Source: Bugula neritina | Taxonomy: Eukaryota; Animalia; Bryozoa | Direction of reading: 5' to 3' | Length of the DNA stretch: 64,000 bases | NCBI GenBank assembly: GCA_964035545.1 | Contig: OZ037771.1 | Span: 10,544,480-10,608,479 of the forward strand | Shown: piece after piece, positions 26,001-41,000 of the stretch | How the letters are laid out: every line of letters begins with the position of its first letter | Numbering within the stretch: the stretch's first letter is position 1 | The notes under the pieces: model-generated | What the model saw: only the letters and a program-made list of their open reading frames with translations | Told to the model about the DNA's origin: nothing | The model's database searches: none | Translations under genes and position numbers: made by a program

Positions 26001-29000
26001 TAAGGTGTGTGACAGGTGTTGCTAAGGTGTGTGACATGTGTCAGTAAGGTGTGTGACAGGTGTTGGTAAGGTGTGTGACAGGTGTTGGTAAGGTGTGTGA
26101 CAGGTCAGTATTACAGTACAGACATACTATTTGTGCAGGCTGGACCAGGTTCTGCACAGCTCTCTGCAGCAGAAAGGAGACATTGTTACTGCTGTGAGAG
26201 CTGAACTCCTCTCTCAACTCATGTTACTCTCAGCCAATCTACTCTCTCGACGAGGTGCTGACTCGTCTACCGTATCAGCTCTGTATGTGGCAGCATTTAG
26301 CCGAGACTCTGTTTCCTCAGCCAACACAGGGAGTATAGGCGGGGAGCTGCGGGCCTTTCTTCAGTTGATAGACAAACTGCGAGCTCACAGGCTAGTTCAA
26401 GCTGGTGGGTGCTAACTCTCTTACTCATTGACTTGAATTGTTGTGCCTCGGCACACAGTTCTGTGTGTAACTTCCTTTCTAAGCTGTTCTTCTCTCCTCT
26501 GCAGGGTATCTGGTGCTGGACAGGATGTCAGATACTGATGGGCTTAACTGGTTGAGAAAAATATCTCACAGGTTCTTCCCCACTGAGGTAGTAATGTGTA
26601 TATTACACTGTATATAGTATACATAACTGCACTATATGTATAGTGTAATAGTGTGTGCAATATGTACACTATATATGTAGCATATATAACTACACTTTTA
26701 TATAGTATATACTGCTGAGTAAAATTGTATATAGAGGTAATACTATATATAGTATACTACATTGAAATTCCTGCTGATAATTCACCTGCATAGAATAACT
26801 CATTTCTTTAATGAGCTGTGATGTAAGCATTACCTTTTAGATTGTATTCTACAATCTACATTCAGAACTGCTATGTACATGTACCTTACAGGGCAAGAAG
26901 CTGCTGTATGCCTCTATCTTTGGTGCAGTTGACAGTTCAGCCACGACTTCTCTCTTCTTATCCGAGTCTTCACTGGAGACAGTTCAGCCTCAGCTCCCAG
27001 ACAGAGAGGATTTGGTGAGACTAAGTGCGGTGGCTCAGTCACTCTACCCCAACTCTCTGCACTACCAGGCATGGCTGGCACTAAGACTGCCTGAGAAGGA
27101 ACTCAGTGACTGTAAGTGTGTGGTATTCATGCTCTCCAGTTATCCCACCGTTTGTTCTCTGATAAACTAGCTTCTCTTGAAGTTTAGTTTGCTGAAAAAA
27201 ACTTTTAGTGGTGGTTGGTTGTTGCATATAATGTCAGGCTTCACATAACACTCTAGTTTTGCCTGTTCAGTAATCTTATGCCAGCATAGAGGATTACATC
27301 TTGCTTAGCAGCCTTAGGAGTTGTGTTTTCATTTGTAACTCGTACCATAACAGCAGACAACTCCTCAAATGAATTTTAGCAATGACCACTTGTAAATAAT
27401 TTACAACAGATAATTTCTAGCAGAATATATCAACATAGAATGTCTGTCTTTTAGAGTATGTTGTTTGCTCCAAGATAATATGGTTGTGTGTTGTTGTGTT
27501 ACTACATGGTATACAGTTACATTGCCACATGGTATAGAGTTACATTACCACATGGTATAGAGTTACATTACTACATGGTATAGAGTTACATTACCACATG
27601 GTATACAGTTACATTACCACATGGTATACAGTTACATTACCACATGGTATACAGTTACATTACCACATGATATACAGTTACATTACCACATGGTATACAG
27701 TTACATTACCACATGGTATAGAGTTACATTACCATCTGCTTGTAGACATACTGAATCTGATACCTCACCTAGCCTTCTCTCCAACACGACTCACTGCAAG
27801 TGAGCCGGAGAGTATTTCGCAGGTAGACATGGCAACCTACCTCCTTCTTACCTGCTACAGTGTTAAGTCTAAGCTTAGCGAGTTTCCTACTAGGAAAGTC
27901 ACTGAGTTGAGGGTGTCTGACCTCACCCCCGTCCTCTGTTCAGACAGCCAGGCTCAGTGGTGGAATGCAGTCTACGAGTCTTGTGGACAGACCTCTTCAA
28001 ACGGGTGTGTTCTATCTACTCTGTTCTGTCTACTCTGTTCTGTCTACATACAAACTCTACACACAAACTCTACACACAAACTCTACACACAAACTCTACA
28101 CACAAACTCTACACACACAAACTCTACATACAGGCTCTTTCTATACAGTACTTGGCTCAACTAATTTAAGCGTTTTCTGCCAGTCCCTGATTGAATTTTT
28201 GTTGAAAGTGTGAATTCAATCTAAAGAGTTGCTAGCTATTGTAATATTCTCCACTAATTCTGGGTATCTAGTGCACCACCTTTTTCCTTAGCTGGGTTCT
28301 AGGTGCTAAACATGTTAGTCAAAATTTTATCAAATTATTAAATGCACGTTTAGACTCACTTAAATTTATAATGTTTAGGTTGTGGTATGTAGTGTGTAGC
28401 AGGGGGGGGGGGGGTACACACTTTAGACTGTGAAGATTATTTTAGCATTCCTGGTAATGAGTTTCAGTTACTTGTTGGTCAATGCACAGCTGGTATGCAT
28501 AATATTTCCGCAGAGCTAATTTGGTGAAACAATCTTTTATTTCTCATTATAAAAACACAAATTATTTGAATTAATTACAAACATACTAACTTCCACAATA
28601 AAATGCTGAATAATAGTATTTTATAGTCACGTGGGTTATTTACAAAAGGAACAAGTTAAAAATATAAATTTAATTCGGATATGAATACACTATATATAAA
28701 TGACACAAAAATATACATATATATTGGCATAACTTTTTCACTATTAATTGTTGAGTTATGGAATGTATCTGGTTTTCAACTCCAGAATTCTCACAACTCT
28801 AGTTATCTTCCATGGGCTTTCAGCTAATTGTAGAGGTAGGCTAGCGGAAAGACTGTTGTTAGTAAAGTCAGCAGGGAGTAACTGTATGAGGCAGCGCTGT
28901 TACACAAATCTCCAGTGCACTTGCACACCGTCATAGTGTTGGATGTACTGCATCCAACCTTCAGATAGCTGGCTAGTTCGTTTGTTTGGCAAGCTCTTGA

Positions 29001-32000
29001 AACTATCAACAAACATCACATGCTATATGCAGCACACACATGTATAATGTAACATTCAGGAGCAGTAGTGAAGAAATTGAGATAGCCCAAGTGCTAAATA
29101 TCTGGAAAATGATGCAAAAATGGGGCGTACAATAGTAATACTAGAATGAATAAAACAAGGAATAACTGTTTATTAGCTAACCATAATTTCTTCTCAGAAC
29201 CAACTACAGCTTCTTGCTACCAATGCTATGGAATGTCAACAAATATCATTAAATTGTTTAGCTAACATAAAATAGTTATTTTTGCATTCACTTACTTTCA
29301 CCACTTTTGGTAATTGCTTTAAGACAAAATTCACTCTGCCCTTTGCCACAATCAACCACTGAACCCAGTTGGTTGTCACAGTCTGCGCATATGTGACATT
29401 TAATAGCGCTGGTGTAGCAAACTATACCTGTAAACATTCAGTGTGCAGTGATTATTTCAATCAGAGTTGTAACTTTCATAATTCCACTAAAATTGGGTGA
29501 TAGTTCTTGATGTTAATAAAGACAAGATATAAGTAGATGTATACATATATGTGCACACAAATAAAAGTGAACATACCAACAAAAACCAAGGTTATTAGTA
29601 AAACTTTCATGATGAGCAGAGATGCAGACTAGCTCGGTTGGTGTGCCAAGAGATAATGCCATGGCTGGTTTCCTCCCTGTATGTATTATTCAGTTGAATA
29701 CAGACTTTGTCTTGCAACAGGAAACCTAAATTACAAATAGGCGGGCTCATGGTAAGGTTACTTGTATATTATATGCTTGCCTACCCTTTTCCACGTTAAA
29801 TTAATTATGTTGATCTGTCACTACAGTAGACTTGAATGCTGCACCTCCCTTCCTAAAACTGTATCTAATTAAGTCATTGTTGCCTATTAGTATTTATTGA
29901 CCACTTAGAATCATGATGATGTGACTCAGTCTTCCAATTAACATTCTGTCAGGCTGTACTAGGCAGGAATTGTGTGTTCTCGGAAGTGTTTTTGTTAAAA
30001 TCACAGCCTGAGAATCTTGAGCTGCAACTGCCCTGATGTCGTATTCATTAAATCTCAAAGCAGTGAGAAGTTTGAGTTTAGTTGTTATATTCAATAGCCA
30101 AGGAGTTATCTCCACTCGGAGTTATTCGCTCTGGAATTTACACACAAGTGTTTTGAAGGAGCTCTCCTATAGTTTTTTTTCCTTTCTCATGTGTGGGAAT
30201 TTACAATGAATATGTTTGTATATATTGGTATTTCTGAAATAAAACCAAACCACTTGACTGGCTTATGCTTTTTGGTGTATGCAAAACCAGAGAAAGCTTC
30301 GTGTGCTATTTGTCTTAAGAGAGGGACAACTCTCTTACAAATTACTTATTGTTATGTAGCGCTGCCAGGTTTGGGAAGCAAAGACAGATGCTGTCTAAAG
30401 GACTACGCACAGTCAGGTTACTGGAATACCATGGACTCTCTGTACATATGATTTGCCATGTTGCTCAGTGCCTGCAGGCAAAGGTATTCCTCATATTGTT
30501 TGATGTTTGAACATTGTCTTACCTTCCAGCGACCAACCTATGTTTACCTGCACCATTTTATGAATACTGATTGCTCTACGCACTTCTCAGCCCAACAATG
30601 TCAACCTTTTTGCCTCATCAGTTATGACTTGCCAATGGACATCATGTAATGAGATGCTAGTCACCTGTGAGGTTCAGATAGTTAGTTCTCTTGTAAACAC
30701 TTGAAGGGGAGGGAGTTAATGATTGGAGTGTTTAGTTTGTGTTATTATTTTATCTTCTCAGTGACTGTTGTATTTATGACTGCAGTTGGAAGAGCTGAAG
30801 CTGAACGAGGGTTCACCCAGCTCCAAAGTTATCCACCTGACCACCTGGACCAGGCAGTACTGGACAGAAGCTGTGAGGATATTGTCCACTATGTGCAGGT
30901 AAGTGTCTAGTAACTCTCTCTCAACTGAAGATAAGATACCAGGTTGGTAGGGTAGGTTGTACTCCTGTCTCCTCATTAGGTAGAGGCACTACTTCTACTT
31001 TCTACCCTTCTGCCTCTCATCTTTTCAGGTTATTGTCATGATTTTGGCTCTTTGATATTCTGATTGTTATTCAAAACAATCAATAATTGGTTTTCATAAA
31101 ACAGGGAGTTTATTATTAACTCTTCAAGTGTGGGCTGTGATTTTGTCACTATTGTTTCTGTTGAACTATTTTTTGCTATTGTATTTTCATTTTCCAGTTA
31201 CCAGACATTGTGGTCAAACATTTACTAAACTCTGAATATGTAAAGCAGCTAAGTTACTAGTTTCTAAGTCAGCCTACCATGTTGCGAAACCGCTGCCATG
31301 TTTACAGAGGTCTGGCCGTCTACCAATCAGCTGAGAGGATGTTCATGTCATACGAGGAGGAACTGAAGCCCGGGGAGGTGACTGACCTGCTAGCTGAAGG
31401 CCGTCTCTGGCTGGCCCTGCAGCTCTATGAAGATGATCAGGAGGACGAGGCCCTGCAGGAGCTGCGAGACCTCCCCCAACCCATTGCCTCGTACACAGCA
31501 GCTAAGGTGACCCTTGTTTAGCCCTCTACTAGTGTGACTGTCAACTTTCCCTCGAGAGTGACTTGAATGACCCGGAATATGTTGGAACTGTTGGCTGTAA
31601 TGTTCAATTTGTTCTACTAACATCATGACATTTTGTGTAAGCTAGCATGTGTTTCTGTTTATTTTCCAGATATGTAAGGCTCGTGCTGGCGCCACCCACA
31701 GCAGTGAAGAGAGACAGAGACTGTTGGTGTGTGCTCAAGAGTCGCTGCATCTCACTGTCGACAGACTCGCTGAAGATAGGCAAAATGATCTCAACGCTGT
31801 CGTAGAACAGGAACTCGGGGCTCTGGAGTCAGAGATGGATGGCCTGTCGCACTCCTTCCACAGTGGTTTGTTCTTCCGTCTAGTACCCCAGGCTACATGT
31901 ATTGTAATCTACTTGAACACCTTCACTAGAACAATATATTTAGTTCACTTCCTTGGAGTTGCTTCTCCTGCCTATCAATTGGCTAACTTTCTAGGTATTG

Positions 32001-35000
32001 CTAATGTTTTATGTAATGACCATGCTTTTCTTGATCTCTTCAGCTAATGACTCTGTCAATCATGGAGTGAATGGACACAGATCAGTGACCTCAACACCTA
32101 ACTTCAGCATCAATAATGGCCGTCGCAGGTTCCCCCTGGCTCAGTCGGGTAAAGACAATAGAGGAGCTGAGCTGAACCTGAGTGACCTGGGTGCTAGTGT
32201 GAGTTGATATACAGTATGTGTTGATATGCAGTATGTTTTGATATACAGTATGTGTTGATATACAGTATGTGTTGATATACAGTATGTGTTGATATACAGT
32301 ATGAGTTGATATGCAGTATGTGTTGATATACAGTATGTGTTGATATATAGTATGTGTTGATATGCAGTATGTGTTGATATACAGTATGTGTTGATTATAG
32401 TATGTGTTGATTATAGTATGTGTTGATATACAGTATGTGTTGATATACAGTATGTGTTGATATACAGTGTGAGTTGATATGCAGTATGTGTTGATATTGA
32501 GATGCACAAATTTAGTTCTGAAAAGAACTCCTGAATTATGTGTGTTAATTGTGGGTCATGTGAGAGCTAAAAACCTCCCACCTCTACACCCAGTGTTTTC
32601 AGCCTATCAGCTGTATTTACCTCTGTTACTTATACGCCACACCAAACTATGTGTAGGTGCGTGTGAGACCCAGCCCTGAACGTCTAGAGTTGCAAGTAAG
32701 GTCCTTAGCCAATGCTCAAGACACTATGAAGGAGACCATTTTGGAGGAGAGAAACATTGCCATGGAAACCAGTAAACAAATGGTGGATACAGTTACGAAG
32801 ATGCTGGAGGGGAAGCTGAAGGAGATGGTAGAGTGTACGCAGAGAATAACTGCTGATATCAAGGGATTATCTGCAGATCTTACTCATGTGAGAACTTCGC
32901 AGGTCAGTAGTGTTGGTTTCAGTATGTATGCAGAGAGTATATATAATATACTGTATGCAGAGAGTATATATAATATACTGTATGCAGAGAGTATATATAA
33001 TATACTGTATGCAGAGAGTATATATAATATACTGTATGCAGAGAGTATATATAATATACTGTATGCAGAGAGCATATATAATATACTGTATGCAGAGAGT
33101 ATATATAATATACTGTATGCAGAGAGTATATATATAATATACTGTATGCAGAGAGTATATATAATATACTGTATTCAGAGAGTATATATAATATACTGTA
33201 TTCAAAGAGTATATATAATATACTGTATTCAGAGAGTATATATAATATACTGTATGCAGAGAGTATATATAATATACTGTATGCAGAGTATATATAATAT
33301 ACTGTATGCAGAGAGTATATATAATATACTGTATTCAGAGAGTATATATAATATACTGTATGCAGAGTATATATAATATACTGTATGCAGAGAGTATATA
33401 TAATATACTGTATTCAGAGAGTATATATAATATACTGTATGCAGAGAGTATATATAATATAGTTGGATACTGATTTGCAACTTCCTGCAGGAGAAGCTCA
33501 GAACTGATGTTACTGATCTCAAGACTCAGTTCCAAATCAGCCTAGCCAGAATACCGCCACCCCACCCGACCCAACTGTCCGGTTCAGATGCCCAGGTTAA
33601 CTTGATACAGCAGCAGTTGACTGCTCTGACAGCAATGATGGCTACGTCCCTGCAGCACCCCATCCTTCACCCGTCTGCGTCTAGTCTCTCAGGTTACGGG
33701 ACTCCTGCCAGGGCCACCCCTCCCACCTACCCGGCATCATACGCCTCGGACAACATGCAGTTTGGTAAGTGTGTGCTGAGGCTAGGAGAGTGTGCTATTG
33801 GCAAACTATTCTCATTAGCTTATTTATTATTAGCTTATATGACTCCCAGGGAATTTGCTTATTCATGATGGAATTAAAATATCAAACAGGCATGTGCCTG
33901 CATTCGCTTGTGACAATTCTAGATATTTTAATTACCAAATTCTTCAGAATAAAATTAATTTGATGGATTTGGAACGTGAAGACATTTGCATCAAGTATTG
34001 TAACACAGATGTTTAGTTGACTGTATTTCCTGTTGTGTGATGGTTGAAACCTCCCTTTTCATGTAACTCTCTAACAGCTCCTGTCTCCCTGTCCATGTAA
34101 CTCTAACAGCTGCTGTCTCCCTGTCCGTGTAACTCTAACAGCTGCTGTCTCCCTGTCCGTGTAACTTTTTAACAGCTGCTGCCTCCCTGTTCATGTAGTT
34201 CTCTAACAGCTGCTGCCTCCCTGTTCATGTAGTTCTCTAACAGGGGCACAGTCTGCACCCATCTTCAAAGTATATATGGTTTAGACCACTGAACTGGATA
34301 TACATTGTTATAGTGACAACAGCTCACATACTGAATAAGGCATGGTGGGGCAGCACCTTGTATTATTACCTTCTAAAAATACAATCTAGTTGTAAAGTCA
34401 GCATATTGGATGGCCCCTTTTCTTCACACATCTGTATATTGTATTGTAGGCACGTACCCACACATACCGCAACAACAACACACTCCGTCCCGTATGCCCA
34501 CTGCACCCCCAGCCGCCACCGCTAAGACAACCGGTGTTCTCACGCATCAGGAAATACAGGCTGCTGCCGTAGCTGCTGCCGAGCATGGCTATGACGACAG
34601 AGAGTATTATGTAGATGATGGTGAGAACTATTACTATGATGACTACAAGGAAGGGGAGGACAACTACGCAGGGGAGAGCTACGTCGGTGCAGAAGGTATT
34701 TACCTGGCCAACGTTTTGGGTAAATCTTGCTGACTTATTTTGCAGTGAGATATGCTGCCGATATTGGGAGGAGCTGAGCTGATGGCCTCTCTAATCACCA
34801 GACTGTATGCATGCTCTGACATTTCTTAGAAACTGTTCACAACATGCTGCCCACAGCTTGCTGCTCACAAATACCTCTGATTGTACCTCATCTGTGTTTA
34901 CTAATATTTCAGGAGGCAACACCATTGGCTATATGCCAAAGTATCACAGCTCTGGCAAACCTATGCCACAGCCAGGCTTCTTTGCTCAAACAGATAAATC

Positions 35001-38000
35001 ACAGACTAAACTCCCAGAGAACAAGCTGGTGGAGCCAGATGTACCTCCCAACGTGGTGATCGGTAAAGATTTCAGTCTAATTTAGTGTTGAAACCATGCC
35101 CTCACTATTGACTGTGTAATGCTAGCCTGCCTACCCTGTAGTGCTAGGCTATGAAGTATCTTCACTGTCAGGTTAAACCATATCAAATGTGCTGTGTGTT
35201 GTCATACCATTAGGTTGTGTAATACACCAGTATCATTATACACCTAGTATACACTGTGTACACACTGTCGGCTACTATTATAATGTATGCATACTAATAG
35301 TATACCTCTGTTCCTCCTCCTGTAATATGCTAATGCAGTGCCGCCTGTCACACTAGAAAGTTTATCTCTTTCCATATCTGAATGTATAATTAACCTTAAT
35401 GTGTTGTGAGGTGTTGGTGTAAAATTTCTATTTACAGAGCTCTGCACATCTACACGTTTCAAATTTAAGTTCTTAAATTCTCAGTTTGCAAATTTGAAAT
35501 TTAATCTCTTTATGCTGATGGAATCACAGGACCGGAATTCCCCGTATTCTGCACAGCTCAGCACAGTGATTCCCTCTTCAACGGTTCAGATTGTTTTGAG
35601 AGTTATTACCCCTTCTTATATTTACATTGTACTAGATAAAGAAATGATGGAGAAGGAAGCTGCCAAACAGAAGTTATCTCCGGTAAAACAAGGCCCTCTG
35701 GTGGTGAATGTACCCAAATCAGCTGCCAATAAAACTCCCACTCCTAAGGCTAATGGTAAAATCTACGAATTAGTTGAGTCTGGTTAATAGCAGTAAACCG
35801 AGACGTCTTTACTAACGGAATCCTTGCAGTATTGAGCTATTATGTAGCCTTTTTCATTCTCTAAAATCTCCACCTCTTGGTATCATAATTTGTTTCATTG
35901 CAGTAACTGGCATTTTCTGCATGACCTGCTTTTCCTGTTATTGCGAAGGTTACCATTGTGTCACTTGTAATGTTTATATGCTGTTGCTATAGCAACGGAG
36001 GTTAAACCTGTACAGCCATCTCCTAGTAAATCAGAAAGTGGCACAGACCTCAACTCCTCACATGACCCTCACTTTGAGCCAATCATAGAGCTTCCTCCAG
36101 AGGTGGCTGTTGTTACAGGTAACTATACTCATACTACGTCCAGTTACTAACTATACTCATACTACGTCCAGTTACTAACTATACTCATACTACGTCCAGT
36201 TGTTACTTACTATACTCATACTGTGTCCAGTTGTTACTAACTATACTCATACTATGTCCAGTTGTTACTTACTATACTCATACTGTGTCCAGTTGTTACT
36301 AACTATACTCATACTGTGTCCAGTTGTTACTAACTATACTCATACTGTGTCCAGTTGTTACTAACTATACTCATACTGTGTCCAGTTGTTACTAACTATA
36401 CTCATACTACGTCCAGTTGTTACTAACTATACTCATACTGTGTCCAGTTGTTACTAACTATACTCATACTACGTCCAGTTGTTACTAACTATACTCATAC
36501 TATGTCCAGTTGTTACTAACTATACTCATACTACGTCTAGTTGTTACTAACTATACTCATACTGTGTCCAGTTGTTACTAACTATACTCATACTGTGTCC
36601 AGTTGTTACTAACTATACTCATACTATGTCCAGTTGTTACTAACTATACTCATACTATGTCCAGTTGTTACTAACTATACTCATACTGTGTCCAGTTGTT
36701 ACTAACTATACTCATACTATGTCCAGTTACTAACTATACTCATACTACGTCCAGTCACTAACTGTATTCATACATTATTCTACCATTTAGTATCAATTCT
36801 GTTGCTCAGGTGAAGAGAGTGAGACTGTACTGTTTGATGCAAGGGGTAAGCTGTTCAGACTTGATAACAAGGAGTGGAAAGAGAGAGGGGTTGGACCAGT
36901 GAGGATTCTGGAAAGTAAAGACAATGCTGGCAAGTGTCGACTGGTGATGAGACGTGACCAGGTGCACAAGGTGTGTGCTAACCACGGCATACACCAGTCA
37001 ATGATCTTGAAGACCATGGGGGACAAAGGAAATGGTAAGAGTTTCCCTGCTGTATACACTCCTTGTTTCAGTATGCAAACCCAGTTAGTCATGGCGGGTT
37101 ACATTGTTGAAGTAGTTGTGTTCAATAAGTTTGTTGACCTACAGTTGACCACTTGATCTCTACTGTTGACCTCTACAGTTGACCACTTGACCTCTACTGT
37201 TGACCTCTACAGTTGACCACTTGACCTCTACTGTTGACCTCTGCTTTTGACCTCTGCTGTAGCCTGGATCTGGTCTGCCACAGACTACGCTGAGAGCACT
37301 CCAGTCAATGAAACATTTGGAATCAGATTCAAGACAGTGGAGCTGGCTACTGAGTTTAAGCAAGCCTTTGACGCTGCCCGAGAGAAAGTAGCAAAAGCTG
37401 GCAGCAGCGGTAGTGATACTGTCAGAGTCAGCGGTAGTGATACTGTCAGAGTCAGCGGCTTGTCAAAGGAGAGTGCTGCAGTCGAGACCGCTTCTGAGAA
37501 GAAAGAAGGCAGGGCTAAAGGCAGTGCAGCACCCCCTGCTGCTTCTAAAGGTATTAATTGATAACTGTTGGCTGTTTAATGACCACTCTAAGTACAGTCT
37601 TCCAGCCACTTGAACTCTGCATCCTTTCACCATAACAGTGGTGACACTCAGTGTATGCCACTGCTGAGAATACTGTTAGCATGCAGCTACTACAGGCACT
37701 GAACGGCTGTTTGCTACAGTAACTGGATTATGTCACACCTCAGCTAATTGCTTCCTCTCAGAATTTAATTTCCATTCAATTTAAATATTATCAAGTAATT
37801 ACTATTTTTGTTTACCAGTTTACCACAGTGTCAAGTAGCGCTGTATGCAACTTTGGTATTTGTAATTATTTTACATATTTTGGCAGTCAATAGAATATTG
37901 TATTTTTAATTATCATTTCTGTATAAATACTACATTTTATAAACTAGTAGAGTAATTGAGTTTTTGGATTTATTTGCCCTTGTTAAAGTGGTATAATTGA

Positions 38001-41000
38001 GTGGTCAGGTTTCCAATGTCAGGTGAAGATAATCATGCATCAGTACTCTTCCTCAGACTACCCTATTTACTCTGCGCAGGTAGTTTAGCAGATCTGTTCA
38101 AGTCTAAGACTCCTCAGTGGAAATGTCCGGGCTGTCTGCTCTCAGTTGATACGAAGGAGTTGAAGTGTTTGTCTTGTGGAACAGCCCAGCCTGGGGTTTC
38201 TGTGTCATCCACCACTGCCACATCCACCACTGCTGCTTCCACCACTGCTGCTTCTACCACTGCTGCCACCACTACTGGCTTTGGTGGATTTAAATTTAAT
38301 GTGTAAGTTGGAGATAGATTTGTGTTCTAGAAGCTGTTTCTACTTAGATTGCTGACAAGCTTAGTTGATCACAAGCTTTCAATTAATTTTTCTGAAGCAT
38401 TATATAAAGTTGTGTTCTCAGTAAAATCTTATTGTTTGGAGGTATTTGAATGTTTGAATGGCTTCTAGGTATGACAACTCTTAGTTGCTAATCTATAAAA
38501 CCGTCCTACATGTGAAAACAGAACAAGCAAGGTTATTTTTATTAAAAACTCAAGCTAGTGTATAGTCACTATCCCTGTGCGGACCCCGGATAGAAAGGGT
38601 TTATTTATATTGGCCTTCTTATCAGGACATGGTGTACTCTTCTGTTTCAGAACTCCCATCTCCACAGCCACCACTACACCCACCATCTGCTCGCCATTTG
38701 CTCCCAAGTCCACTCAACCTTCCACCCAAAACATCTTTGGGACTGCGGGACTGTTTGGTAAACCAGCCACCACTACCACCACCACAGCTGCACCATTTAG
38801 CTCCTTGTTTGGTAGTCCCGCAGTGTCTGCTGAATCTAAAGGGACAGCAGCCAGCATTAGTGCGCTCTTTGCTAAGCCAGCCACTACTGCACCCGCACCC
38901 TCACCCACAACGGGTTTATTTGGAACCACTGCTAAGCCAGCCACCACTGCACCCGCACCCTCACCCACAACGGGTTTATTTGGGACCACTGCTAAGCCAG
39001 CCACTACTGCACCCGCAACGGGTTTATTTGGAACCACTGCTAAGCCAACCCCAGCTAAAGAGACAGGAGACGGTGGATCTATACTCAGATCGTTACTAAA
39101 TACACCTGCTGCCACCTCTACTTCAACAAGCCCGGCAGCAACTACTAGTAGCGCAGGCACCACGGCTGGTGCTGCCAGCGTTGGCAAATTCACACTCGGA
39201 GGCTTCTCTTTTAGCGGTATGTTTTTGGAGCTTGTCTTATCGGGTACATTATTCAGTTTTTTCCCTCTTTCAGAATTATAGGGGGTAGCTTAGTTTGTTC
39301 CCTAATATTTAGACTTATCTCACTATCTCACGAATTGACTGCAGTATTGTATGTTTGCTGTCAGTATATTTACCACTAAATACTCAGTTTTTCACCTTGA
39401 CATTCTACCTGTGATAGTTGTGAGTTTACACAGATAGTCTTAACTCCCACGCAGTAGTCGCTAGGTAATAGTCAACCTTATTATTCTTTAGCTCCCCCCA
39501 AAGTTGAGACGTCAAGTGAAGAAAGTAAAGGTAATACCGAAGCTACACCCACCACCAAACCATCTCTCTTTGCAGGTTTCACTGGATTCACTAAACCACC
39601 AGCCACAACTGTGCAAGCTCCGGTATTTGGGGGATTTCCAGCTGTAACATCGAGGCAAGTGCAGTGAGAATACCTGTTTGTTTCATGTAGCTGAGATGTT
39701 TCTCTGTTCATACGTGCCTGCAGCTCTCTTTATACTCTCTGTAATTGTTGTACATATCTAACATCTGTTTAGCATTGGTTAGTTGTTGCTTCATATTATG
39801 TTGACGAATTTCTCTTTCATAATATACTCAGATTTTATGACATTCCTTGTCTCTTTTGTAATATAAATGCTCACGCAAGTTTATAGTCACTATCCCTGTG
39901 AGAACCTCTGATGGAAGGGTTTTTATTATATCGGGCTAAGGACTTATTCAGATGGGGCACAGGAGTAATTATGACTGGATTTTCTTCCTGACATCACCAA
40001 TGGCTGTTTTCGGGTTCGAACCCATGACCTTCGTGTTTACTAGGCAAATGCTTTAACCCCTAGACCACAGCTGCTCCCTTTTGTAACATGCTGGTATTTA
40101 AATGAATTAAGTACTTAATGTATTATTTATTTCATGATGAGCATTTACTCTTCTCTCTTGTAGCAGCGGCTCATCGTCCTTCAAGTTTGCACCAGTTTCA
40201 CTCAACACTGCACCAACTACCCTCTCAGCACCGCAAGCAGGTAATAACTCACACTGTCAGTACTACTCACTATAACTCACACTGTCAGTACTACCCACTA
40301 TAACTCACACTGTCGGTACTACTCACTATAACTCGCGCTGTTAGTACTACTCACTATAACTCACACTGTCAGCACTACTCACTATAACTCACACTGTTAG
40401 TACTACTCACTATAACTCACACTGTTAGTACTAATCACTATAACTCACACTGTCAGTACTACTCACCATAACTCACACTGTCAGTACTACCCACTATACC
40501 TCACACTGTCAGTACTACTCACTATAACTCACACTGTCAGTACTACTCACCATAACTTTTGCAGATATGAAACAATCAACATCTGCTCCTCAACTCTCTG
40601 CAGACAAACTGACTGCCAGTCCAGATCGAAGTAGTAAAGACGACTCTGCGGTTACCTCCCCTGTCAAAGGAGGACCTGAGGACGAATGTGCTGCTGTCTT
40701 TACTCCTGTTATAGCACTTCCGGATCTAGTGGAGGTAGATATACTACTGAGTATATATAGATGTACTACTGAGTATATATAGATGTACTACTGAGTATAT
40801 ATAGATATACTACTGAGTATATATAGATATACTACTGAGCATATATAGATGTACTACTGAGTATGTATAGATGTACTACTGAGTATGTATAGATATACTA
40901 CTCAGTATATATAGATGTACTACTGAGTATATATAGATATACTACTGAGTATGTATAGATATACTACTCAGTATATATAGATGTACTACTGAGTATATAT

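Noticed and set aside
32091-33535. Tyr/Ile-rich repetitive ORFs here and at 27598-27803, 49929-50132, 54049-54768, 55449-56068
   Set aside because: Translations of intronic minisatellites; only their non-repetitive parts overlap real exons.
40005-40078. Possible tRNA-Thr gene
   Set aside because: Anticodon and acceptor stems do not pair well, and it continues into a body repeated elsewhere, so it is called a SINE head.
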